64,000 bases of DNA from IMG/VR virus record IMGVR_UViG_3300038443_001578, positions 1 to 64,000 of that record; one strand, written 5' to 3'. Numbering within the stretch: the first letter of the stretch is position 1; each line of letters begins with the position of its first letter. The position numbers were made by a program, and so were the translations under genes. Under the pieces are notes generated by a model, which searched no databases, was not told the DNA's origin, and was given only the letters and a program-made list of their open reading frames with translations. Positions 56,801-64,000 of the stretch are shown in pieces. This DNA is from a virus.

Positions 56801-59161
56801 GCGGCGCCAGCCGATAGTGATGAGTTGCGAGATCAAGCTGACGCGAAACTAAAGGACGCGGAACTCGACTCGAAGAAGGCAGAGGATGCACATCAATGGT
56901 TCATCGATCAGTACAACCGCACTGGCGATGAGCGCAACTTAATTTGGGCCGGGCAGGCTCTAGCGAAACGTAAACGTGCTCAGATCCGTGAGGCGTTAGC
57001 CAAAGCTGGTGTCGATGCGACGAAAAAGACGCCGATGCCGGGTTCAGCATCGGCCCAACTTACCGCAGATAAATACGAAATCGATCAGCAGTTCAAACGT
57101 GACCAACAGTCGTTGCAGGACCTTATTGCGGGTGGCAGCCCGAAGGAACTTCGCAAGCAGGCGCGCGACCTCTCTATCCTCGGCCTGCAGTCCAATCTCA
57201 CAGCATACGAATCGTCGCGATCTATTCTCGAAAACACATTCTCGCGCACCGGTGATGCCAGCCTAATTGCGCCAATTCGCGCCAACCTACAAAGTTCGGC
57301 TCGTACTCAGCGACAAATGATCTGGACTAGGGCCGCCCAAGAGGTCGACGACGCAGGGGGCGACAAGGACAAGGTTCGTGCCATTAACCATAAGCGAGAT
57401 GTCGACATCGCGGCTAATCGTGTTGAACTGTCTCGGCAATTGGTGGAACTCGACGACAAGGAGAATGATCTCAGGGCTAAGGGACTGGAGTTATCCAAGT
57501 CGGAAACCGGACAGACAATTCAGCGCATGCAGTCCGAAGCCGAGACGTCGAAAAGCTACGATAAAAAACTCTCGCTCTTAGAGCTAATCCGGCTCGCGCA
57601 GCAGAAGGAGATCGAACAGCAATACCAAATCGATGTCACGAATGCGCACAGTGATAAGCTTCTTCTTCAGAAGGCTAAGGATGACCGGAAGGCCGCCTTG
57701 GACCAGGTCGACCTACAGTATCAGGCGGCGAAGGACAGCACGATCGACGATAAGCTGAAGTCTCGCGCGGAATTACTTCGAGCACAGGCTGATCAAGCGG
57801 CAACATTGGCGGAAAGGCTCAGGCTTGTGACCGAGTATTACACGGTAATGCTTTCGCAACCTGGACTGACCGATGCAGAGAGCCGCATGCTGCTTCTTGA
57901 GGCTGCTCAAGCAACCGGTGACCTTCGCCGCAAAGACGCCTATCAAGGCATAATGCTGAACATTACTTCGGCACTTCAGCCCGGCGGTGCTAACCCTTAC
58001 GCAAAGCGAGCCCTCGACCTTTCGCTCGATCAGTTACGAGATAAGCAGGTGATGGTGGGTACTGACGAGGAGCGCGCGCAAAGCCGAGGGGATATGCTGC
58101 AGATCCTCGGTAATCCGGATGTTCAGAAACTGGCCGGCACTTCAGACATCCTCGCCCGGCTCAAGGCATTGCGGGCTTTGGAAGTGTCGCCCGATGAGAC
58201 AAAGGCTGTCGATGAGATTATCGATCAGTTAACGAAGAAAACCAACCGATCGGACGTACTGCGTCAGGTCGGCGATAACATCACGGCCGCACTGGTCCAA
58301 GGCGCCGGACAGGCGAGTGGCGATTTCGTTCATGCGCTCTTGCACGGTCCAGGCTCGAAGGACGCGCTCAAGTCATTCACGGCTATGCTCACGGATGCCG
58401 CGGAGAACGCGCTTAGCGGCGGGGTGGATACACTGGTACAGGGCGGACTAAAGGACATCGGGTCGCTCTTCACCCATCATGTCGTCTTAGCTAAAAAAGC
58501 GACCGGCGATATGAAGCAGAACGCCAGCGAAACCAAAGATGCCGTTGACCATTCGACTATCGCAACGAATGCGGCGGCGACCGGTATCAAAGACGCCGGT
58601 AAAGTCATGGATGCGTCAGGCAAGGCGGCCAAAGTCTCGATGGAGGAGGGTGCCGGCGCGATTATGATGGCGGTCAGCCAATTGATGGCGGGGGGCAATG
58701 CCAAAAAGCAGCAGAACTCGGCTATCGGCGGCATTCTCGGCATGGCGATCAGTCTGGCGATTCCCGGCGCTGGCACTGCAGGCCTTATGCTCGGCGGAGG
58801 CATTGGTTCATTGCTGGGCGGCCTCTTCGCTGACGGCGGCTATCCTCCGGTTGGTAAGATGTCCATCGTCGGCGAACGCGGCCCCGAAGCGATCGTGCCC
58901 ATGGGACCGGTGAAGGTGCTCAGCAACCGAGAATTGCGCATGATGAACGCGCCGGCACCGATTGCTACGAATGGCTCGGAGCGCGGTGGCGGCCTCATGT
59001 CGGTTCTCGGATCGTTGCATGCGCATGCCGCGAATGCCGGCCGTCCGATCGAGATCAATCAGAACATCGGATCAGTTGATAGTCAGGTCGACTTAGAATC
59101 TTCATATCGTTCACTCGGCAAGCTTCTTGAGAACGCGATCCGTATGCCGATCCCGGTTTAG
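53891..59161 (+). CDS. Tape measure protein
   Basis: 1756 aa Ala-rich; TP901-type core (FDSAM..., ELAQG); C-terminal FADGG.PPVG..SIVGERGPE. Confidence 0.93.
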   Translation: MANKNQVTVKVNVAGNDTSAGKITALGASLKAAIREVEADSKRMTAITQQQVKAAEQSAKASIAVARAKEANAKAVAAELRAEAALNQAIVAEIRVKKELEAVGVSVAKASESASRTLLNEAKTRKELANAELAEGRIAKAAAQEKVEGERKVEAAVKQRIAAENRQQRDENYVSRSRILAENRQHRDENYAIRSGQVVAEKRSQVTGIVSTGAMVGGAAILAGLDAVGQQAAKFDSAMLTIRNNTTMTARDFDLMRETVLKLGKDTGASTDELAQGFMHIVNLGIPDVVKNTANAVTILNAATVAAIGTNTSAAETANILAKALKEFGLQSGEAARVMGVLHRAAAQGNMTLQEFDAAAGPMLSVAAALGVKVEDAAAAFSALTRHGYDATQAATQVRDVFQHLMNPTSGVRKELEHLTKATGVDLVDDFTAAGIKAKGLTGIFLDLAQATKGHADEVYKLIPALRGGQGAMVLASTASKDMTDILKDLMSVRGQDLRQLTGYNDMHGTLANSVARLNNQFLELYTKYGPPVIAVLKDIASGASSIADALNSVDPETRKAIVYFGLFAGGLLTVGGAIGNAIVGFREFRNLLVGARLASTFGEITTAAEAATTAEVATATAGTAAFAVGAPYLLAIAGVIAAVVAIKKAWDEADDAQRKYAAKKATDFASTHTMDVRTNVNNQIGLNNAEIAQRQGELARLQADSRLIRDPSSGRIIPRPNRGLASGVTNSDSVAWEQKRIAALQADANAMTADAQTLSDLQNKRRSLALAISAAEKEEKDNSAKIAFYKKHLRETKGPYSDAAAEIERLTQRNMAVESDRLKNQKALTALPVSAAPMYSGKLLSEAADETRKTFKKLRNECGNFVDALVKLRTGKAFSVGANEKNGADAPLNAQGIGPAGTVYHVRTSKKEGHWFTSEEGPNGVMMAVQDFNGRVRTDIPVADMLKKFPLISAKLGPGAGPATASIKGAAPADSDELRDQADAKLKDAELDSKKAEDAHQWFIDQYNRTGDERNLIWAGQALAKRKRAQIREALAKAGVDATKKTPMPGSASAQLTADKYEIDQQFKRDQQSLQDLIAGGSPKELRKQARDLSILGLQSNLTAYESSRSILENTFSRTGDASLIAPIRANLQSSARTQRQMIWTRAAQEVDDAGGDKDKVRAINHKRDVDIAANRVELSRQLVELDDKENDLRAKGLELSKSETGQTIQRMQSEAETSKSYDKKLSLLELIRLAQQKEIEQQYQIDVTNAHSDKLLLQKAKDDRKAALDQVDLQYQAAKDSTIDDKLKSRAELLRAQADQAATLAERLRLVTEYYTVMLSQPGLTDAESRMLLLEAAQATGDLRRKDAYQGIMLNITSALQPGGANPYAKRALDLSLDQLRDKQVMVGTDEERAQSRGDMLQILGNPDVQKLAGTSDILARLKALRALEVSPDETKAVDEIIDQLTKKTNRSDVLRQVGDNITAALVQGAGQASGDFVHALLHGPGSKDALKSFTAMLTDAAENALSGGVDTLVQGGLKDIGSLFTHHVVLAKKATGDMKQNASETKDAVDHSTIATNAAATGIKDAGKVMDASGKAAKVSMEEGAGAIMMAVSQLMAGGNAKKQQNSAIGGILGMAISLAIPGAGTAGLMLGGGIGSLLGGLFADGGYPPVGKMSIVGERGPEAIVPMGPVKVLSNRELRMMNAPAPIATNGSERGGGLMSVLGSLHAHAANAGRPIEINQNIGSVDSQVDLESSYRSLGKLLENAIRMPIPV

Positions 59162-59221
59162 TGAAGGGAAACTGCAACCGCTCGTTGAATTAACCGTCCC
59201 ATATAATAGGAGGACGCTGCA

Positions 59222-59830
59222 ATGTCAAAGACAATTATTGATTTGAGGATACTTCTAGTGGCGCTAGTGGTCGCAATTGCATTTGCGCTCGATACAACTT
59301 CGTGCTTTGCAGATGAGGCAGGTGCCGATAAATCAAAGCAGATTCCCAATATTGAATCTTCAATCAATTCGAACGGTATATTGTATGTTCGTGACAGCAA
59401 CATGCTGACAACAGACGACTCACCAACTTATGTCGAAGCCTTTACGCTTACTTACCCTATAAGTAAAGCACCTATGGAAAAGGGGTTTCGAATCACTGTA
59501 CGTTCAAAAGATAACGATGTTGATGATTCTGCCAGTTGTTACTTGGATTATGATGAGGCAAAAGCTTTATCGGCCGCATTGAAATACTTGGGGCAGCTTA
59601 CGGTAGATTGGCGCGGAAGATCCGATATTGGGTCGAAAGAGGCCGTTTTTAAAACACTTGGTGGATACAGTATAGCCTTGACGCATAATGCGGATGGCAA
59701 GCATCAAGATGCGGTCGAAATTGGTGTTGAAGGGATTCACACCGTAGCCCATAAATGCAGCGACGCTGAATTTCTTGACTTGGCATCGATAATTGATGAT
59801 GGTCTTAAGTGGCTTGACAATCGGAAGTGA
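59222..59830 (+). CDS. Low-GC secreted/membrane moron protein
   Basis: AT-rich, GGAGG RBS, N-terminal hydrophobic signal; inserted between TMP and Dit. Confidence 0.75.
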   Translation: MSKTIIDLRILLVALVVAIAFALDTTSCFADEAGADKSKQIPNIESSINSNGILYVRDSNMLTTDDSPTYVEAFTLTYPISKAPMEKGFRITVRSKDNDVDDSASCYLDYDEAKALSAALKYLGQLTVDWRGRSDIGSKEAVFKTLGGYSIALTHNADGKHQDAVEIGVEGIHTVAHKCSDAEFLDLASIIDDGLKWLDNRK

Positions 59831-59904
59831 TCTAGCGACAAACACAACCCTCGGAAGAACATCCGAGAGTTGCGTATGGAGAATGCCCTCAGAAAATCCA
59901 AGGG

Positions 59905-59993
59905 CATCCGCGCCAGAACTTGCCGCGACTCGCCTTGCCGAAACCCGACTTGCCGAAACCCGACTTGCCCCACCTGGCCAGGCCTGCCATGCC
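59905..59993 (-). repeat. 5-nt periodic GGY/GTY-NN array (putative guide-like ncRNA)
   Basis: Minus strand GGCA-GGCct GGCca GGTgg GGCaa GTCgg GTTtc GGCaa GTCgg GTTtc GGCaa GGCga GTCgc GGCaa GTTct GGCgc. Confidence 0.8.
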
Positions 59994-60047
59994 TATTGGA
60001 TCTAGCCGATCCAGTTGTCGACTGCCGCAAAGAGCGGCGTCAGTTAT

Positions 60048-60185
60048 GGCGCGGCGAGCTTTGGCAGGCAAGGTACGGCAAGTCACGGCGGTGTATGTTC
60101 AGGTTCGGCGTGGCAGGTTTTGGCAGGCGAGGCGAGTCCGGCCTAGGCGCGGTATGTTGCGTCGAGTTGTGGCAACGCTAGGCAG
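60048..60185 (+). repeat. 5-nt periodic GGY/GTY-NN array with GGCA-delimited units (putative guide-like ncRNA)
   Basis: GGCaa GGTac GGCaa GTCac GGCgg TGTat GTTca GGTtc GGCgt GGCA...GGCga GGCga GTCcg GCCta GGCgc GGTat GTTgc GTCga GTTgt GGCaa. Confidence 0.8.
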
Positions 60186-60188
60186 ACG

Positions 60189-60224
60189 AAAGGCTCTTCA
60201 TCTTCGGATGGAGGGCCTTTCTTA
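60189..60224 (+). terminator. Rho-independent terminator closing the plus array
   Basis: AAAGGCTCTTCATC-TTCG-GATGGAGGGCCTTT-CTT. Confidence 0.8.
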
Positions 60225-60237
60225 TTGAGGTTTCGAG

Positions 60238-60987
60238 ATGCCAACATTTTTCGTGAATTCCTTCGGCGCATACTCGTTCGGAAACAACCTGGCGAAGATC
60301 ACCACGACGGCTAATTGGCGTGATCGGACCGCGGAACGTCCCAACCGCGGCGGCAAGTTCAGCGCAGGGCCAATTTTTTCAAGCCTATCGTGTGTGTTGG
60401 ATGGCGTTTTGACAGGCGCGAGCAGCTCACCACAGGACATGCGGGACGCTATCGACGCGCTTGCTGCGGCGTTCGCACTGGGGAAATCTGCTCAGCTAAA
60501 AATTGACGATGACCGGTATCTTAATGTTGAAGTTCGTTCATTTGGCTACGCAGAAGGGTGGAAGGGCTTGCCTTATCTACCATGGACGGCAAGCCTTGAA
60601 TCGTATGACGATCCTCCGATATGGGACGTCGCCTCAACGAGCGTATCGAGTCTCCTGACCGATGGCTCCGCAAACAATTTCACCTGTGCAGGCAGCGGAA
60701 CAGCCCAACCGATCATTACGATCGCTTTTAGCGCAGCACCCTCCGGGTCGACGTGCACAATCACCGATCAGCTTGGCAACCAGTTCGTCATCAGTCCGGA
60801 TGCGGCTACCACGTTCGTGGTCGATTCCACGCAGGAGACGGTGACGGTTGGCGGGGTCGATAAGTCGAGCGTTTGCACAGGTGTATTCCCACTTTGTCCG
60901 GCCGGCGCGAACGACCTGACGATTGTTTTATCCGGTGGCGCCACGGTGTCGAGTGCTAGCCTGTCGTATCAAGCCAGAAGATACTAA
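60238..60987 (+). CDS. Distal tail (Dit)-like protein
   Basis: Position after TMP; IDDDRYLNV, G.GTAQP.ITI, FP..PAGANDL. Confidence 0.75.
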   Translation: MPTFFVNSFGAYSFGNNLAKITTTANWRDRTAERPNRGGKFSAGPIFSSLSCVLDGVLTGASSSPQDMRDAIDALAAAFALGKSAQLKIDDDRYLNVEVRSFGYAEGWKGLPYLPWTASLESYDDPPIWDVASTSVSSLLTDGSANNFTCAGSGTAQPIITIAFSAAPSGSTCTITDQLGNQFVISPDAATTFVVDSTQETVTVGGVDKSSVCTGVFPLCPAGANDLTIVLSGGATVSSASLSYQARRY

Positions 60988-61000
60988 TAGAAACTCTCCA

Positions 61001-61030
61001 GCCCTGCCTCAAATCGAGGCGGGGCTTTTT
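61001..61030 (+). terminator. Rho-independent terminator-like hairpin
   Basis: GCCCTGCCTC-AAATC-GAGGCGGGGC-TTTTT. Confidence 0.7.
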
Positions 61031-61038
61031 GATTCACC

Positions 61039-64000
61039 ATGTCACTCCCCACGGACCTCAGAATTAAGATCACGAGCGCGGACGGCTCGATTGATCGGCT
61101 CGTGCCGCAATCGAAGCTCTTTACGCCTTCATGGTCCATCGAGCGCTATGGCGGTTACGGCGAGTTCAGCCTGCCGACCGGGCTTGATTACCGCACGTTC
61201 ACCCGTGTTCAGCAGGGCGACATGGTCGAGGTCTACTTCCAGGGCGTGCGCAAGTACCGCGGATACGTCACGGAACGGAAGCGGAGCAACGACAACCCGC
61301 GAAAACTCAGCCTGAGTGCCTACGGGGCGGCCTTCTGGCTACGGAAGGTGCCGGTTTCAAAAACGTACGCCTTCCCAGCCGGGGCAACCGACGTGTCAGT
61401 GGCTTTCGCTCAGTTCTGCAACGACTTCCTGCTCGGCAACGTCGGGCCGGGCGGTATCCAACTCGCTTACAGTGTTCAGGCGGAAACGATCGGCACGACG
61501 ATCCTCAATCTCGATGCCCGTTACAAGTCCGCCGGAGACGTGCTTGATGCGATCATCGGCGAAACCGGCAACCTCGCGGTGTGGGGAGTCGATGTCGACT
61601 CCGAGGGTTACAATCGCATCTATCTGCGCCCCTTCTCTGATACGACACCGCCGAACAACCCAGACTTCGTTATCTTCGCCCCTGGCATCAACGTTGAAGC
61701 CTCCGAAGGACCGGAGACGATTGCCGACGTCGTAAACGCAGTGATCGTGCAGGGCGGCGCAGCTAAGTTCCCTCAGCTTCTGCACAACGGCAATTTCGAG
61801 CTCCCGGTCTACCAGAACGACGGCGCCGGCAACATGGTACTCAACGGTGGTTTCGAATCGGGAGGTTTCCATGTCGCCGACGATTGGACGCTGGCGAACG
61901 GCGCGTCAGTCGAGAGCGGGAAAAACCAGTCGCCGGCGCGCGCAGTCGCGTTCGAAGGATCGCGGTACCTCGAGCTCGACCACGTGAGCGAGAATGCCGT
62001 GCAGAATGGGACAGGGACGTGGGCGGCCGGGCACAACTACGTATTTTCTTGCCAGATGGCTAAGGAAGTCGATCAACAGTCTCTTTCCGGGCATGCGCGC
62101 CTAATCATCAAGGACGGCACGAGCGCTGTCGTCTTCGATTCCGGCAGTGTGACCATGCAGCCGCCGGGCCAGGACTGGGAATACTTCTCGATCCCATTCA
62201 CCTTTCCGACGAGCGGCTTTACGGCAGGTTCCGGGACGTTCCAGATCACCTTCAACCTGGATTCGATTACCGCCTTCGGCGGCCAGCAAGGCGGCCTCAT
62301 TATCGATGCGGTCGAATTACAAGACGTCTCCGTCGTTTATCAGGACGGATGGGAGATCCAGGCGACCGGCGACGCGGTGATTAACAGTGTTAATTGGGTG
62401 TGCCAGGAGAGCTACGAGGGGGCGTACTCCCTGTATGTCGATGGCTCGACGTTCGCCGATGCGGATGCTCGCGATGTTGAGATTATTCCTGCATCTGGCC
62501 AGGTGTCGAACAACTATCAGAACACAAATAAGGTCAAGGTGCAGACGGGTCAATCCCTGCGCTTCGCCGGATGGTTCAAGTCCCCAAGCTTTCCGAGCAT
62601 TCACCCTAATTTCCCGGCCCTCCTGCTCATTTTCGATTGGCTGGACAGCAGCTCCAATTTCCTCTCGCAGAGCCGGAACGAGATCGCCGCTCCGGGCGGT
62701 CAGATTACGCAGTGGACGTATTACGAGCTGAACGCCACGGCGCCGACGAACGCCGTCTATTGCCTGCCTCGCGCTATTCTGCGATCGACCGGGTCGATAT
62801 TGATGGATGCGCTCTCAATCCGAGACAGTCAGGCGCCGCCGATGGCGCTCCTTACGACGTCTGTCACGAACACAAACGGAACCGGGACCGTCGCCTCTCT
62901 AATCGTCTACAACATGTATCAGTACACCGTGTTCACGACCACAACAGCTCTCTCCGTCGGTGACACGGTGCTGTTTACTTCCGGGGCTGCTTCGGGAAAG
63001 ACGGGCGTCGTCGTCAATGCTCCGCTTGTAAGCGGCTCCTACCACGTCTACATCAACCAGAAGTTGACGACGGGGCCATCCGCCGGGGATTCGTTCTCGT
63101 ATACGCGCAACACCGGAGGAACAACAACCTCGGCAACAAGCGGAAGCACGACCGCGATCGGAAACTACCTGCCCGAAGGCAATCTACAGTTCATCATCAG
63201 TTGCGACGATCCGTATCTGGCTCAGGTGTGGTGGCCATCACAGGGGAACCCGAGCAGCGCGCCACCGTCGACGAGCACGGTTAGCGCTCCAACGACGGCG
63301 GTAACTCTGTCGGCTGCAACGCCTACCTCTCCGACGAACCTCGCGGCCGGCACCTACACCGTCGGCTATACCGTCACGATCGGAGGCATCGAGAGCACGG
63401 TCGGCGGAACGGCCAGCATCACGATCACCGAAGGGCAAGAGATCCTGGCGACGGTGTCCAGCCTGCCAGGCGGAACGACGCTGGTCAAGTATTACGTCAA
63501 TCCGGCATATGTCCCGATCGGAGCCTCATCGGCGAGCAAACCCTACTATTTCGCGGCAGTGGCCGCCAACGGCTCGCAGGTGACGATAACGACCTTCTTG
63601 AGCGTCCCGTCGTACTTTTTCAGCCAGATGCTCTACGGCGTGCAGTGCGATACCGTCAGCGACACGAACATCATCGACCTTACGGGCGCCATGTCGGTCG
63701 CCGATGCTGTCTTCCGCGCGAAGTCGCAGCCTGTGTATCGACCAACGGCAACCCTTGACGGCGATACCCGCGCATTCTGGCCCGGCAACAGCGTAAGCCT
63801 GCAGGGGACGGACGGACCATCGATTAGCGGGGCGATGCTGCCGATCGTGCGCATCCGCCAGACGCACGACGGCATACTCAAGACGACGCTCGAGCTCGAG
63901 CGAGAACAACCTGATATTTCGATCACGCTCAAGAAGTTGTTCCTGCAGCTCCTCCGGTCGCAGGGGGTTGCCGCGGGAGGCGCGAGCTTCGGATCGGCAG
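61039..64000 (+). CDS. Baseplate hub/Tal-like tail protein with CBM-like inserts, runs off the window
   Basis: Manual translation from ATG 61039: MSLPTDLRIKITSADG...WSIERYGGYG..., later LLHNGNFE and LNGGFESG (CBM4/9-like starts); absent from the ORF track, consistent with no stop in the window. Confidence 0.78.
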   Translation, partial: MSLPTDLRIKITSADGSIDRLVPQSKLFTPSWSIERYGGYGEFSLPTGLDYRTFTRVQQGDMVEVYFQGVRKYRGYVTERKRSNDNPRKLSLSAYGAAFWLRKVPVSKTYAFPAGATDVSVAFAQFCNDFLLGNVGPGGIQLAYSVQAETIGTTILNLDARYKSAGDVLDAIIGETGNLAVWGVDVDSEGYNRIYLRPFSDTTPPNNPDFVIFAPGINVEASEGPETIADVVNAVIVQGGAAKFPQLLHNGNFELPVYQNDGAGNMVLNGGFESGGFHVADDWTLANGASVESGKNQSPARAVAFEGSRYLELDHVSENAVQNGTGTWAAGHNYVFSCQMAKEVDQQSLSGHARLIIKDGTSAVVFDSGSVTMQPPGQDWEYFSIPFTFPTSGFTAGSGTFQITFNLDSITAFGGQQGGLIIDAVELQDVSVVYQDGWEIQATGDAVINSVNWVCQESYEGAYSLYVDGSTFADADARDVEIIPASGQVSNNYQNTNKVKVQTGQSLRFAGWFKSPSFPSIHPNFPALLLIFDWLDSSSNFLSQSRNEIAAPGGQITQWTYYELNATAPTNAVYCLPRAILRSTGSILMDALSIRDSQAPPMALLTTSVTNTNGTGTVASLIVYNMYQYTVFTTTTALSVGDTVLFTSGAASGKTGVVVNAPLVSGSYHVYINQKLTTGPSAGDSFSYTRNTGGTTTSATSGSTTAIGNYLPEGNLQFIISCDDPYLAQVWWPSQGNPSSAPPSTSTVSAPTTAVTLSAATPTSPTNLAAGTYTVGYTVTIGGIESTVGGTASITITEGQEILATVSSLPGGTTLVKYYVNPAYVPIGASSASKPYYFAAVAANGSQVTITTFLSVPSYFFSQMLYGVQCDTVSDTNIIDLTGAMSVADAVFRAKSQPVYRPTATLDGDTRAFWPGNSVSLQGTDGPSISGAMLPIVRIRQTHDGILKTTLELEREQPDISITLKKLFLQLLRSQGVAAGGASFGSA

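Larger units (their letters stand above)
1..64000. mobile_element. Temperate siphovirus-like phage genome segment, apparently unintegrated (attP intact)
   Basis: Integrase, repressor/Cro, replication, terminase, portal, capsid, tail tube, tape measure and Dit genes in canonical order; phage genes on both sides of the att core; no host housekeeping genes. Confidence 0.95.

Noticed and set aside
59905-60185. Arrays as canonical CRISPR
   Set aside because: No 25-40-bp direct repeats with spacers and no cas genes seen.
59737-60228. ORFs such as 59870..60181 and 59920..60228 as proteins
   Set aside because: Low-complexity translations of the 5-nt arrays, no RBS, and spanning hairpins or the terminator.
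1-64000. Diversity-generating retroelement, retron or lysis cassette
   Set aside because: No reverse transcriptase, TR/VR pair or recognisable endolysin/holin seen; lysis genes probably lie outside the window.

Overview
The whole window is phage DNA, most likely a temperate long-tailed (siphovirus-like) phage of a high-GC host. Phage genes lie on both sides of an intact attP (3' half of tRNA-Gln-CTG plus arm-type repeats next to a tyrosine integrase), so this looks like the unintegrated form. Order: leftward early genes (LRV-repeat protein, DUF932, SNF2 helicase, SWIM/HTH cassette); a 3.3-kb IS1595 element with TIRs, an 8-bp TSD and passengers (DUF3800 plus an antisense structured ncRNA); integrase/attP; ImmA-like pair, double-HTH repressor and Cro; recombination, methylation and replication genes (PD-(D/E)XK nuclease, Gp3-like, YhaM, MTases, RuvC, DUF5131, J-domain, Prim-Pol/DUF3987, iteron origin, SSB, two HNH endonucleases); atypical initiator tRNA; terminase, portal, protease, capsid; three signal-peptide proteins; neck, tail tube, chaperone frameshift, tape measure, Dit and a Tal-like gene running off the end. 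The most striking unexplained signal is a pair of divergent 5-nt-periodic (GGY/GTY + NN) non-coding arrays at ~59.9-60.2 kb with no partner protein visible in the window. Other notable items: the DUF3800/antisense RNA pair, a 34-aa pilin-mimic peptide, secreted proteins inside the head module and duplicated HTH/SWIM cassettes. All product calls come from motifs recognised by eye, not database searches.
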